From an uncultured Planctomycetia bacterium (GTDB taxonomy: Bacteria; Omnitrophota; Gorgyraeia; 2-02-FULL-51-18): a stretch of 64,000 nt of DNA. Shown one piece after another: positions 1 to 8,954 of the stretch (positions within the stretch are counted from its first letter, which is position 1; each line of letters starts with the position of its first letter). Location of the stretch: the NCBI GenBank assembly GCA_964642015.1, contig CAZXLF010000002.1:159678-223677 (forward strand). Direction: 5' to 3'. A model generated the notes under the pieces. It searched no databases. It saw only the letters and a program-made list of their open reading frames with translations, and was not told the origin of the DNA. Made by a program: the position numbers and the translations under genes.

Positions 1-60
1 GGATTCATTGTGATAGCGATGCTTCTGCCGATGTTTGAGCTCAATTTAGCAGTGAAATAA
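1..60 (+). CDS. gspF: 3' end (partial) of type II secretion system F / PilC family inner-membrane protein
   Basis: Frame 1 reads GFIVIAMLLPMFELNLAVK*, the typical GspF/PilC C-terminus; lies upstream of gspG; stop overlaps the next ATG (TAATG). Confidence 0.8.
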   Translation, partial: GFIVIAMLLPMFELNLAVK

Positions 61-941
61 TGGGAACACCAGCGCACCAGTGTACCAGCGCACCAAAAAA
101 AGAAAAAACTTTTCGTAGAAGAAACAGTTTTCGTACATATGTGGTTTTGTTTTTGGTGTTCTGGTGTTCTGGTGTTCTGGTGTACTCATCTTCAGTGTAT
201 GGAGAAGATTGGAAGGAAGAAAAAGGGGACCATTTCATTATTTATTATCAGGGTGAGGAAAAATTCGCAAAAGATAGTCTAAGACAAGCAGAGGTTTATT
301 ATAACCAGATCGCTGACGATATTGGTTACCCGCGTTATTCGAATTTCTGGCAGTGGGATAATCGCGTGAAGGTCTATATTTATCCGGCCAAGGAAGAATT
401 TCAAAAATCATCAGGACAGCCGGCCTGGTCGAACGGCATGGCGGATTATACGAATAAAAAGATCCTCACTTATACATGGAGCGAAGGTTTTTTGGATGGT
501 CTTCTGCCGCATGAGATCACGCATCTGGTCTTCCGTGATTTTGTCGGTTTCAAAGGTCAGGTGCCTTTGTGGATCGATGAGGGTATCGCGCAATGGGAAG
601 AGCCGAAGAAACGCGCTATGGCCCGCCCGATCGCTTTTTATTTGATCCAGAAACAGAAAGTCATTCCGTTAGCGGATCTGACGATCATGAATGATCTGAG
701 CGGTAAAGATGAAGATACAGTGCATGCCTTCTATATGCAGTCTGTTTCGCTGATCGATTATTTGATCAAGAACTACGGCCCGCAGTCGTTCACTGATTTT
801 TGCCGCCAGCTTCGCGATGGAAAGAGCCTTAACGAAGCGCTCAGTTTTTCTTATTCTAATTCGATCAAAGATATCGATGAACTTCAATCCAAATGGATAA
901 AGTCAGTTATTAGTGAATACGTACCGAAAGTAAATGAATAA
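60..941 (+). CDS. Exported peptidase MA-like (gluzincin) zinc metallopeptidase
   Basis: HEITH (HExxH) followed by PLWIDEGIAQW third-ligand motif; hydrophobic N-terminal segment. Confidence 0.8.
   Translation: MGTPAHQCTSAPKKEKTFRRRNSFRTYVVLFLVFWCSGVLVYSSSVYGEDWKEEKGDHFIIYYQGEEKFAKDSLRQAEVYYNQIADDIGYPRYSNFWQWDNRVKVYIYPAKEEFQKSSGQPAWSNGMADYTNKKILTYTWSEGFLDGLLPHEITHLVFRDFVGFKGQVPLWIDEGIAQWEEPKKRAMARPIAFYLIQKQKVIPLADLTIMNDLSGKDEDTVHAFYMQSVSLIDYLIKNYGPQSFTDFCRQLRDGKSLNEALSFSYSNSIKDIDELQSKWIKSVISEYVPKVNE
64..185. repeat. Inverted pair of 8-bp tandem repeat arrays (long periodic hairpin)
   Basis: 64-95 GAACACCA GCGCACCA GTGTACCA GCGCACCA; 154-185 TGGTGTTC x3 + TGGTGTAC; inner A-run (96-99) pairs with T-run (150-153). 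Confidence 0.9.
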
Positions 942-957
942 TCAAAAGGAGAATCGA

Positions 958-1383
958 ATGAGATCATTACGTGATTCAAAAGGTTTTACGCTGATCGAGC
1001 TCATGCTCGTTGTGATCATCATTGGTGCGCTGGTCGCGATGGTGATGCCAAGATTAGCGGGAAGATCTGAACAGGCGAAAGTAGGTGCCGCGCAGGCTGA
1101 TATCAGCGCAAATATCGCGACGGCGCTGAAACTTTATGAGCTGGATAACGGCCATTACCCTACGGCTGAAGAAGGTGGTCTTAACGCTCTGACCACGAAG
1201 CCTTCCAGCGCAACGAACTGGAATGGGCCTTATATTGAAAAAAAGCCCATTGATCCTTGGAATAGGGAATATATTTATAAAAGCCCCGGTACCCATCGTA
1301 CTTACGATTATGATCTTTACTCGTTGGGACGCGACGGCCAAGAAAGTGCGGACGATGTCAAGAACTGGGATAATAATCAATAA
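958..1383 (+). CDS. gspG: Type II secretion major pseudopilin GspG
   Basis: Prepilin site G|FTLIELMLV, YELDNGHYP, WNGPY, DPWNREYIYKSPG; AAGGAG SD before ATG 958 (track start 934). Confidence 0.93.
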   Translation: MRSLRDSKGFTLIELMLVVIIIGALVAMVMPRLAGRSEQAKVGAAQADISANIATALKLYELDNGHYPTAEEGGLNALTTKPSSATNWNGPYIEKKPIDPWNREYIYKSPGTHRTYDYDLYSLGRDGQESADDVKNWDNNQ

Positions 1384-1786
1384 ACATCATACACGATGGT
1401 CTTCATCAGGCTTTACTCTGGTGGAGATCATGGTTACCGTGGCCGTATTGTCGCTCGGGACGCTTTTGATCCAACAGGGATTGCTGCGTTCCGCAGATAT
1501 CATCAATCATTACAATAACCAGCTTTCCGCTGAAACATGGGCAGCGCAGAAGGTTTGGGATATCAGAGAATCTTTTTTTTATTCCGCAGGCGGTAAAGCG
1601 CCTGACTCGGGCGGTTCTTTTACTGAATCGGGAAAGGATTTTGATTGGTCGCTTGAAACCAAATCGGTATCAGGGACGGACCAATTGTATTTTATCCATC
1701 TGGATATCAGGTGGCTTGAGGGCAATAAACCTGTGAATTTGGACAAATCTCTGTATATGACAGCGAACAAACAAAGCAAATTTTAG
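1355..1786 (+). CDS. Minor pseudopilin (GspI-like)
   Basis: G|FTLVEIMVTVAVL prepilin motif; in-frame ATG at 1355 preferred to track start 1223. Confidence 0.75.
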   Translation: MSRTGIIINKHHTRWSSSGFTLVEIMVTVAVLSLGTLLIQQGLLRSADIINHYNNQLSAETWAAQKVWDIRESFFYSAGGKAPDSGGSFTESGKDFDWSLETKSVSGTDQLYFIHLDIRWLEGNKPVNLDKSLYMTANKQSKF

Positions 1787-1790
1787 ATCG

Positions 1791-2414
1791 ATGAGAAAAT
1801 CGCTGATTAAAAGCATCCGGTCTTCCAAAGGTTTTTCCCTGATCGAACTTCTAATGGTGGCTTTTTTAGTGCCTCTTGTCGGATTTGCTGTTTATTCTAA
1901 TTTTAGTGCCGGTGTCAGAATATGGCAGCGTTTAAACCAGCAGACACCGCTTGAAGATCTCAGTATCTACCGTCAGAAGATGTCCCGCACTTTTGAATCG
2001 GTGATCAGATTTTCGCCGATCCCTTTTGAGGCGGATAAAGACGGCATTGTTTGCGCCGCTTTTATTACGACCGATGAAAAACTCGGCGGAGAGCACGGTG
2101 TCGGAGAGGTTAGGATATTCTATGATGACCGTTCAGGGTCCATCAAACGCGAAGAGAAAAATCTAAGTCTTGTTTACCGAGACAAGCCCGGCAAGATCGA
2201 CAATATTTTGGCCGGTGTCACAGACCTCAAGATCATGATCCTTTCTTATGATAAGCAGGATGATTCATTTAAATGGCTCGAGGAATGGCAGAATCATCCC
2301 AAGGTTGAAATGCCTTTGGCTGTAAAGCTCGAATTTAATTTCAGCAATGCAGGAGTTTCCAGGCATGTCACGGACACCTTTTTGATCCCCATAGGTGGAA
2401 TCTTTGAAACTTAA
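1791..2414 (+). CDS. Minor pseudopilin (GspJ-like)
   Basis: G|FSLIELLMV prepilin motif; C-terminal W..EW...PLAVKLEF as in GspJ; position before gspK. Confidence 0.75.
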   Translation: MRKSLIKSIRSSKGFSLIELLMVAFLVPLVGFAVYSNFSAGVRIWQRLNQQTPLEDLSIYRQKMSRTFESVIRFSPIPFEADKDGIVCAAFITTDEKLGGEHGVGEVRIFYDDRSGSIKREEKNLSLVYRDKPGKIDNILAGVTDLKIMILSYDKQDDSFKWLEEWQNHPKVEMPLAVKLEFNFSNAGVSRHVTDTFLIPIGGIFET

Positions 2415-3444
2415 GGACCGCGGCAGTTTTTTGATCCTGGCTCTCTGGTCTCTTTCCTTATTAGCCGCATTTTCCATCAGTCTTGGTTATTCAGTCAGGC
2501 AAAAAGCCACTTTGCTGGATAGGATCGACACCTACGATGCGCTCTATCCGATAGCCTATTCAGGAATCGAGGCGGCTCGGGGTGTCATGAAAGTTCAGGA
2601 CCCATCAGTGAATATGAACACTCTAAGCGATGCGTGGGCTCAGAATAAAGCCCAGTTCAAAGATGTTGCGCTTGGTGACAAGGGTTATTTTTCCGTAAGT
2701 TATCAGTTGCCTGCGGCTGAAATGAGAGAAGCGACGATTGTTTACGGATTGGTCGATGAACAGAGCAAGATCAATATCAATACTGCCGACGCTGCGACGC
2801 TCACGCGCATTTTACAATCAACCGCATCACTGGACAAAGATGTGGCTGAGGATATTTCCTATTGTATCATTGACTGGAGGGACTCGGATTCGGTATTCGA
2901 GCACCCTAATTATGGCGCAGAAGACGATTACTACAATCATCTTGAAGTTCCCTACGGGGCGAAGAACGCGCCGTTTGAAGTGCTGGATGAGCTATTGGTG
3001 GTGAAGGGGATAAATCGGGAGATTTTTGATAAAATAAAACCCTATTTGACCGTTTACGGAACAGGGCAGGTCAATGTCAACACGGCACCAAAAGAAGTGC
3101 TATTAGCTTTGGGTCTTGAAGAACGGCTTGTCGAAAAACTTTTGAATTACCGTCGTGGCGAAGACCGCGAAGACAGGACGGCCGATGATCGTGCGTTCTC
3201 GCAAAGCAGTGTCATTGCCACCGAGCTCAGCAAAGTGACCGCCATAGATGGCGCCGAAACAGCGGCGCTGGGCGCGCTTATTTCGGATGGAAAGATCGGT
3301 ACTGTTTCGAGTCAATTTTTTGTGCACAGCCATGGAGTTCTGAGAAAGAATGGTATGTCTTTGGACATGGAAGCTGTGGTCGATCGAAAAGGGAAACTTT
3401 ATTATTTGAGGACTTCAAAAATTCAATGGCCGTCAAAAGTTTAA
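2395..3444 (+). CDS. gspK: Minor pseudopilin GspK
   Basis: RG|SFLILALW, DEQSKININ, IIDWRDSD, ELLVVKG, VNVNTAP motifs. Confidence 0.9.
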   Translation: MESLKLKDRGSFLILALWSLSLLAAFSISLGYSVRQKATLLDRIDTYDALYPIAYSGIEAARGVMKVQDPSVNMNTLSDAWAQNKAQFKDVALGDKGYFSVSYQLPAAEMREATIVYGLVDEQSKININTADAATLTRILQSTASLDKDVAEDISYCIIDWRDSDSVFEHPNYGAEDDYYNHLEVPYGAKNAPFEVLDELLVVKGINREIFDKIKPYLTVYGTGQVNVNTAPKEVLLALGLEERLVEKLLNYRRGEDREDRTADDRAFSQSSVIATELSKVTAIDGAETAALGALISDGKIGTVSSQFFVHSHGVLRKNGMSLDMEAVVDRKGKLYYLRTSKIQWPSKV

Positions 3445-4907
3445 ACCTCAATTTCTTAAAGAAAAAGAGTCGCCCGGATCTTATTGGTATTGACCTCAAT
3501 GAAGAGCTGCTTAAGATCGCGCATGTCAGAGTCAGCAACTTGAAGCGGGAGGTCGTGAATCTGGTGAACCGCGAAGTGCGCGGCATGTCGGATGATGATA
3601 TTACTGCTTTTATTAAGCAGACAATCGTTGATTTTAAGATCGTGAATCCCCGCGCATTTATCGGCGTGCCTCTGCATACGGTGATCACAAGGAGCATCGA
3701 GATCCCATCGCGGGATCCGGATGAGATCCGGGAGATCGTCAGTCTTCAAGCGAGCCGGCACACACCCTATTCTCGGTCGGAGATCATTATCGATACGCTT
3801 TTGCTTGGAGTGGTGAGGGAAAATTATACAAAAGTCCTTTTGATCATCGTACCACGAGAGCTTATTGCCCGGCAGACAAAGATCATGGAACGGGCTAATC
3901 TGAAGATCGAAAGGATCTTTTTCCCTCCGGAAGGAATTTGTTACGCTTGTTCGAAGATCCTTGGCAATGAAACCAGCGATTCGGTCATAGCAATAGTGCA
4001 CATGGACACCACCTTCACGAATTTTATTGTGATACAGAAAAATAAGATACTTTTCGTTAGAGGCATTTCTATCGGAGCTGAACATCTTCTGGAGGAAAAA
4101 GATATTTATAGCGACCGTTTTGTCGAGGAACTCCAGAAGTCGCTGGAATCATATGTAATGGATGAGGCCGGACCAAAGCCGTCAGACCTTCTGTTGACCG
4201 GAGTGGTCGGCGAGATTACGGAATTGGACGATCTTTTCAGCGAAACGCTACGTATGCCGATCAGACACCAGACTTATTTTAATCACTTCGCTATTTCTGA
4301 CAAAGCGCGCGGAGTGGCATCTTCTTCAAAAGACATTTCATTTTTTAACCTGATCGCGCCTCTTTTGCTATTCGATAAGATGAAGATCGATCTGGTCTCC
4401 GAGGAACGTAAGCTCAGCATCCAAATCGAAAAAAGAGGCCAGGAAATGATGAAGACAGGCATTCTTTTGATGATCCTTTTTGCGTTGGTGTTCGTGTGCA
4501 TCGCCGAAAAGATTTATTTTAAAAGCGCTTACCTCGCTAATCTCAAAACCCGCTATAAACCTGTCAAAGACGATGCCAAAAAGCTCGAACAGCTTTTCTT
4601 GAAAACGCAGGTCATTAAAGATTATCTCGCGAATCGGGGCCGATCCCTTGAAACTGTCATCGAACTGGTCGACACGTTGCCGAAAGATGTCCGGCTATCA
4701 GACATTAAATATGAGGACGGCGAAAAATTCTCAGTGAAAGGCACTTCTAAGACCATGGGTTCGGTTTTCGCATTCGTGTCCAATCTGGATAAATCAGCCA
4801 AATTCAAAAATGTGAAGACAAAATACGTAACCACCCGCAATGAAGACGGTGTCGATGTAGCTGATTTTGAGATCGCGATGAACATCAAGAAAGAAGGTGC
4901 GACATGA
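3426..4907 (+). CDS. PilM-like actin-fold domain fused to TM and PilN-like domain (GspL equivalent)
   Basis: IGIDL N-terminus, LLLTG late motif, single TM near aa 345-362, C-terminal LPKDVRLSDIKY...VKG PilN-like region. Confidence 0.75.
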   Translation: MAVKSLNLNFLKKKSRPDLIGIDLNEELLKIAHVRVSNLKREVVNLVNREVRGMSDDDITAFIKQTIVDFKIVNPRAFIGVPLHTVITRSIEIPSRDPDEIREIVSLQASRHTPYSRSEIIIDTLLLGVVRENYTKVLLIIVPRELIARQTKIMERANLKIERIFFPPEGICYACSKILGNETSDSVIAIVHMDTTFTNFIVIQKNKILFVRGISIGAEHLLEEKDIYSDRFVEELQKSLESYVMDEAGPKPSDLLLTGVVGEITELDDLFSETLRMPIRHQTYFNHFAISDKARGVASSSKDISFFNLIAPLLLFDKMKIDLVSEERKLSIQIEKRGQEMMKTGILLMILFALVFVCIAEKIYFKSAYLANLKTRYKPVKDDAKKLEQLFLKTQVIKDYLANRGRSLETVIELVDTLPKDVRLSDIKYEDGEKFSVKGTSKTMGSVFAFVSNLDKSAKFKNVKTKYVTTRNEDGVDVADFEIAMNIKKEGAT

Positions 4908-5455
4908 TGCGCAAACTTCTCCAGCTTTACCAGAAGCTGACCAAGCGGGAGAGGACGATTTTTTATGCGGTTTGTGTTGTTTTGGCCGTTTTGACCGCCG
5001 ATCGCTTGGTTATCGGACCGGTATTCCAGAAGCTTCTAGTGTTGGACAGACAAACCAAGGATGAGGAGGCGGCCATCAAGAAGAGTCTTCATGTGATCTT
5101 AAGAAAACCGCAGATCTCGGCCGAAAGCAAACAATTCGTGGTTTTTTCCGTCGAGCCTGAAAATCCCGAACAGGAAATGACGACGCTTCTCAAAGAAGTG
5201 GAAAACATCGCCGGACGTTCTTCGGTCAGTTTACTCTATGTAAAGCCGGGCAATTCCAAGGAGGACGGCGGAACCAGAAAATATTACGCGACTCTCGAAT
5301 GCGAAGCGCAAATGGCAGAGGTTGCCAGTTTCTTTCATAATATTGAGAATTCAACCAAACTCCTTCAAATAGAGAAATTCAGTATTCAGCCAAAGAGCAA
5401 AGATTCCAGCATCGCTAAATGTGCAGTGACGGTTTCTAGAACGATCTTATCGTGA
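4904..5455 (+). CDS. PilO/GspM-like assembly platform protein
   Basis: LTKRER + N-terminal TM, coiled coil, FFHNIENSTKLLQIEKFSI; follows the PilMN gene. Confidence 0.75.
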   Translation: MMRKLLQLYQKLTKRERTIFYAVCVVLAVLTADRLVIGPVFQKLLVLDRQTKDEEAAIKKSLHVILRKPQISAESKQFVVFSVEPENPEQEMTTLLKEVENIAGRSSVSLLYVKPGNSKEDGGTRKYYATLECEAQMAEVASFFHNIENSTKLLQIEKFSIQPKSKDSSIAKCAVTVSRTILS

Positions 5456-6160
5456 CGCGGCGTTATCTTTTGGAGCTGTAGCAGCCGAAGCGGAGGGCGA
5501 AGGATTTGGGTTTACCGGTGGAGTTGTCGTTTCTTTCTTTTTTTCTTCCTTATTCTTGATCCAAGAATCGAGCATGTCCGCCTTGTCGGTCATTTTGAGT
5601 TTTCTCAGTTGAGCCACCTGCTGTAACGCCGAGTTTTTATCACCGGACCAGTAATAAGCTCCGCCCAAACCTAAATAGGCGCTATCGAGACTAGGGTTGA
5701 TCGCAATGGCTTTTTTGTAAGCATTGATGCCTTCGGCGAAATTTCCGCTAGCCGCATAGACACGACCCAGTTGATACCATTCATTTGCGCTTGACGGATT
5801 AAGTTTGAGAGCGTTTTCATAAGCATCGATCGCGTTTTGATAGTCACTTTTATTCGCATAGATCAAACCGAGATTGTGGTAGGCCGCGTAAGATTTTTCA
5901 AGGGTCAACGCATATTCAGTGAATCTTAATGCTTTATCAAGATCGCCCTTATTGGCGTAGGTGAGACCCAGGAGCAAATGGGCTTTGGCATTCTTTGGGT
6001 CCATTTTGAGAGCGTCTTCATATTGTTTAATTGCGCCGTCGTAATCTTTTTTTTGGACCAGCGCATTGCCTTTTGAAATGTCGTCTTCAGCTTGCCCGCA
6101 AAACGCCACCTGCGATAAGCCGGCTAGGCATACGATAAACAGGATCACTTTTTTTAGCAT
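5447..6160 (-). CDS. Exported tetratricopeptide-repeat protein
   Basis: Signal peptide, about 5 TPR units (e.g. AYHNLGLIY...AIDAYENALKLNP), Pro/Ser/Ala-rich tail. Confidence 0.85.
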   Translation of the reverse strand: MLKKVILFIVCLAGLSQVAFCGQAEDDISKGNALVQKKDYDGAIKQYEDALKMDPKNAKAHLLLGLTYANKGDLDKALRFTEYALTLEKSYAAYHNLGLIYANKSDYQNAIDAYENALKLNPSSANEWYQLGRVYAASGNFAEGINAYKKAIAINPSLDSAYLGLGGAYYWSGDKNSALQQVAQLRKLKMTDKADMLDSWIKNKEEKKKETTTPPVNPNPSPSASAATAPKDNAASR

Positions 6161-6190
6161 GAATTATCCTTTTATGAAGGCTGTGGTCCT

Positions 6191-6199
6191 ATTATAACA
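6191..6199 (-). promoter_or_regulatory. Extended -10 promoter element for the TPR gene
   Basis: Minus strand TGTTATAAT, 30 nt upstream of ATG 6160; AAGGA SD downstream. Confidence 0.55.
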
Positions 6200-6200
6200 G

Positions 6201-7607
6201 CTATTGCCATTTTTTCACGGTCAAATGGATTATCTTTTGATCGGCCAAAGGACGGTCATTTTTATCCGTCGGCGCGTCCCCGATCTTGTGGACTATTTCA
6301 AAACCCGATATGACTTCGCCGAAAATCGTATGTTTTTTATTTAAATGAGGCGTTGGCGCAAGCGTGATGAAAAACTGGCTTCCATTGGTGTTCGGTCCGC
6401 TGTTAGCCATGGCCAGGATGCCTGCTTTTTCAAATTGCACGTTGTCACTCACTTCATCTTCGAACGGTTTGCCCCATATCGATTCGCCGCCTCGGCCGGT
6501 TCCCGTAGGATCCCCGCCCTGGATCATAAAGCTTTTGATCACGCGGTGGAAGATCAGGCCGTCATAGTATTTTTTTTCGGCGAGCGCCATAAAGTTTTCA
6601 CAGGCTTTTGGAGCCACCTGCGGATAAAGCTGTACTTCAAAATTTCCGGCGCTCGTTTCAAAGATAAGGACCTTATCCATTTCGTAATCTTTGAGATCAG
6701 CTCTTTTGATTATATCCTGTATGATTTTCTGTGTATTGTTGTAGTAATAGACTTGTTTTAGGATATTGATATACTGCTCTTTTTTCTTCTCATCGTACTC
6801 GGCCGGGTTGGCATCCTTTTTTTCTTTCAGGCGGAACACACCATAACCTTTGTACATTTTTGCCGGCGTTGAGATCTCATCTATCTTCATCGCATGGATA
6901 CGGTAGGCATCGTCTTTGGGGACCTGCCAAAGGTCGATCACTGCTTCGAGTGAAATATGGCCCGTAGGTGTGGCAAATTTGGGATTCTTTTTTTTCTCCT
7001 CATCCCAATCTTTGGCCGTGGTTTTTTTATAAAAGGCGTTCGCTTCTTCAAGTGTGGGGAAATTCACGAATTCGGTCGCCATTGAGTTGTATTGATTCAG
7101 GAATTTTTGTTTGGCGTCCTCTTCTTTGATATTGGGGGGAGGAGGGTTCATGATCTTTGACAGTAATTTTTTAATCTTCAAAAGATTTTCCACCCGCTTT
7201 TCAAAGATCACATGATTTTCTTTGAAAGTGTCCTGGACCCATTGGAAATAATTATAACTACCGTAAGTGATATTTTTTTCTGCTAATAATCTCGAAAGCT
7301 CTTTTTCGAGCTCTTGTTTGGAGATCGTTACTTTTTCGGTTTCAGCTTCTTTGAGAAATACGATGTTTTTCCATGCCTCTTGGCGACGTTCATTATCGGT
7401 CTGAGGTTCTTTGGGACTGATGGAAAATATAGAAGAACTTTTGAACGCGAAGTCAAAATCTTCTTTGGTCACATGCTGCCCGAAAACCTCACCCACGAAA
7501 GGAGGTTTGGCATCTTGAGCAGCAGAGGTTTCAGCCCAAGCAAAAGGACTTGCTGTGAAAAGATATGCAGAAAGGATTAAAACGGAATTAAATAAATTCT
7601 TTCTCAT
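6201..7607 (-). CDS. Exported peptidyl-prolyl isomerase: SurA/PrsA-like N-terminal part plus C-terminal cyclophilin domain
   Basis: Signal peptide (AWA|E); cyclophilin motifs FHRVIKSFMIQGGDPTGTGRGG, MANSGPNTNGSQFFIT, HTIFGEV. Confidence 0.85.
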   Translation of the reverse strand: MRKNLFNSVLILSAYLFTASPFAWAETSAAQDAKPPFVGEVFGQHVTKEDFDFAFKSSSIFSISPKEPQTDNERRQEAWKNIVFLKEAETEKVTISKQELEKELSRLLAEKNITYGSYNYFQWVQDTFKENHVIFEKRVENLLKIKKLLSKIMNPPPPNIKEEDAKQKFLNQYNSMATEFVNFPTLEEANAFYKKTTAKDWDEEKKKNPKFATPTGHISLEAVIDLWQVPKDDAYRIHAMKIDEISTPAKMYKGYGVFRLKEKKDANPAEYDEKKKEQYINILKQVYYYNNTQKIIQDIIKRADLKDYEMDKVLIFETSAGNFEVQLYPQVAPKACENFMALAEKKYYDGLIFHRVIKSFMIQGGDPTGTGRGGESIWGKPFEDEVSDNVQFEKAGILAMANSGPNTNGSQFFITLAPTPHLNKKHTIFGEVISGFEIVHKIGDAPTDKNDRPLADQKIIHLTVKKWQ

Positions 7608-7618
7608 CGGTTAAATCT

Positions 7619-7704
7619 AATTTACTAGAACTATGCATTTTTGTCAAATTCATAAAATTTTTTAACACCAAATGATTGAAAAGAATAGCTTTTTCCTTTA
7701 GAAT
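7619..7704. promoter_or_regulatory. Divergent sigma70-type promoters
   Basis: + strand TTGAAA(7676-81)-N17-TAGAAT(7699-704); - strand TTGACA(7647-42)-N17-TAAATT(7624-19). Confidence 0.55.
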
Positions 7705-7761
7705 ATGGCGTTAATCGTCAAGCCAAGCTATTGAATGTATCAGTATATATAGGAAGGCAGG

Positions 7762-8124
7762 GTGGCAGTGCGGGCGGTTTCATTGAAGAAAAGGATCTTA
7801 TTTCTATCTTTGACGATGGGGCTGTTGTATGGCTCGTATGCTTTTTGTCTGACAAAGGAAGAGGAAGACGATATCCGTAAGGAAGCCACCGATTTCAAGT
7901 ATAACACGGTCACGACAAAAGAAGGGTTGAACTTTCGCGTGCCCGAGGATATGCCGGTGGAAACGAGGAACGGTATTCAAGCGCCGATCCCCTTTGACGA
8001 ATATATGTACGGCAAATTTAAACAAATAGACAGCCGCTTGAAATCCATAGATTCTAAATTAGACCATATCGAGGAATTATTGGCTTCCACGAAAGAAAAC
8101 AAACCAAGAGAGCTCAAAGGCTAA
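7762..8124 (+). CDS. Hypothetical exported protein with C-terminal coiled coil
   Basis: Signal-like N-terminus; heptads IDSRLKSIDSKLDHIEELL. Confidence 0.65.
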   Translation: MAVRAVSLKKRILFLSLTMGLLYGSYAFCLTKEEEDDIRKEATDFKYNTVTTKEGLNFRVPEDMPVETRNGIQAPIPFDEYMYGKFKQIDSRLKSIDSKLDHIEELLASTKENKPRELKG

Positions 8125-8129
8125 CCGCT

Positions 8130-8936
8130 GTGCTTTTTAGATCCAACCACATTTTTTTCTTTACCGAAAAAGTCTACCTGTTTTTGATCTCCACATTATT
8201 GATCTTGCCGTTGCTGTTTGCCGGTTGCGCCCGGGTCCCAAGACACACGATCAGCGCTTCATATGTGCCCCCGCCGACTTTTGAGGGTGCGATGACCCAC
8301 GTCGTCGAGCGCGGTGAGACGCTATACCGGATCTCCAAAATTTATCACGTCGAAATCAGTGAACTGATGCGTGTCAATAATATCTACAACCCGACTCAGA
8401 TTGAAGTAGGACAACGGCTTTTTATTCCGCAAGCTGTGCTCCCGCCTCATATGTTAAGACCTTATGAGCCTCTCACGATCGAGGATGTCAGACGAATTGT
8501 TGGGCCGAAAAATGTGGGGTCTGACTGGCGAACGATCACGGTGCATCATAGTGGGACACTTCAGGGCAATGCCCGGCTTTTTGACCGCGATCATCGCCGT
8601 CGTAAAATGGGAGGGCTTTTTTATCATTTCGTGATCGGCAACGGAACCAAAAGCGCTGTCGGTGCGATAGAGGTAGGTTGGCGTTGGAAGAAACAGGTTC
8701 CCGCCAATCGTCCTTATGATATTCAGATCTGTCTTGTCGGCGATTTTGATCAGCAGGATGTTCAAGAAGGCCAGTTCAGTTCGTTGGTGAATTTGATCCG
8801 TGTCTTACAAGAGGAATATGGGATTCCGATCAGCGCGATCCGTCAGCACAAAGATATTAAAGGAAAACACACGGATTGTCCCGGTAGCCGGTTCCCTTTT
8901 CATAGACTTATATCCACGCTTTCCCAGGCGCGTTAA
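8130..8936 (+). CDS. LysM + N-acetylmuramoyl-L-alanine amidase (Amidase_2) lipoprotein
   Basis: FAGC lipobox; HVVERGETLYRIS LysM; TVHHS, YHFVI, QHKDI..TDCPG zinc-site motifs. Confidence 0.88.
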   Translation: MLFRSNHIFFFTEKVYLFLISTLLILPLLFAGCARVPRHTISASYVPPPTFEGAMTHVVERGETLYRISKIYHVEISELMRVNNIYNPTQIEVGQRLFIPQAVLPPHMLRPYEPLTIEDVRRIVGPKNVGSDWRTITVHHSGTLQGNARLFDRDHRRRKMGGLFYHFVIGNGTKSAVGAIEVGWRWKKQVPANRPYDIQICLVGDFDQQDVQEGQFSSLVNLIRVLQEEYGIPISAIRQHKDIKGKHTDCPGSRFPFHRLISTLSQAR

Positions 8937-8954
8937 CAGGAATTTTATTCATTT

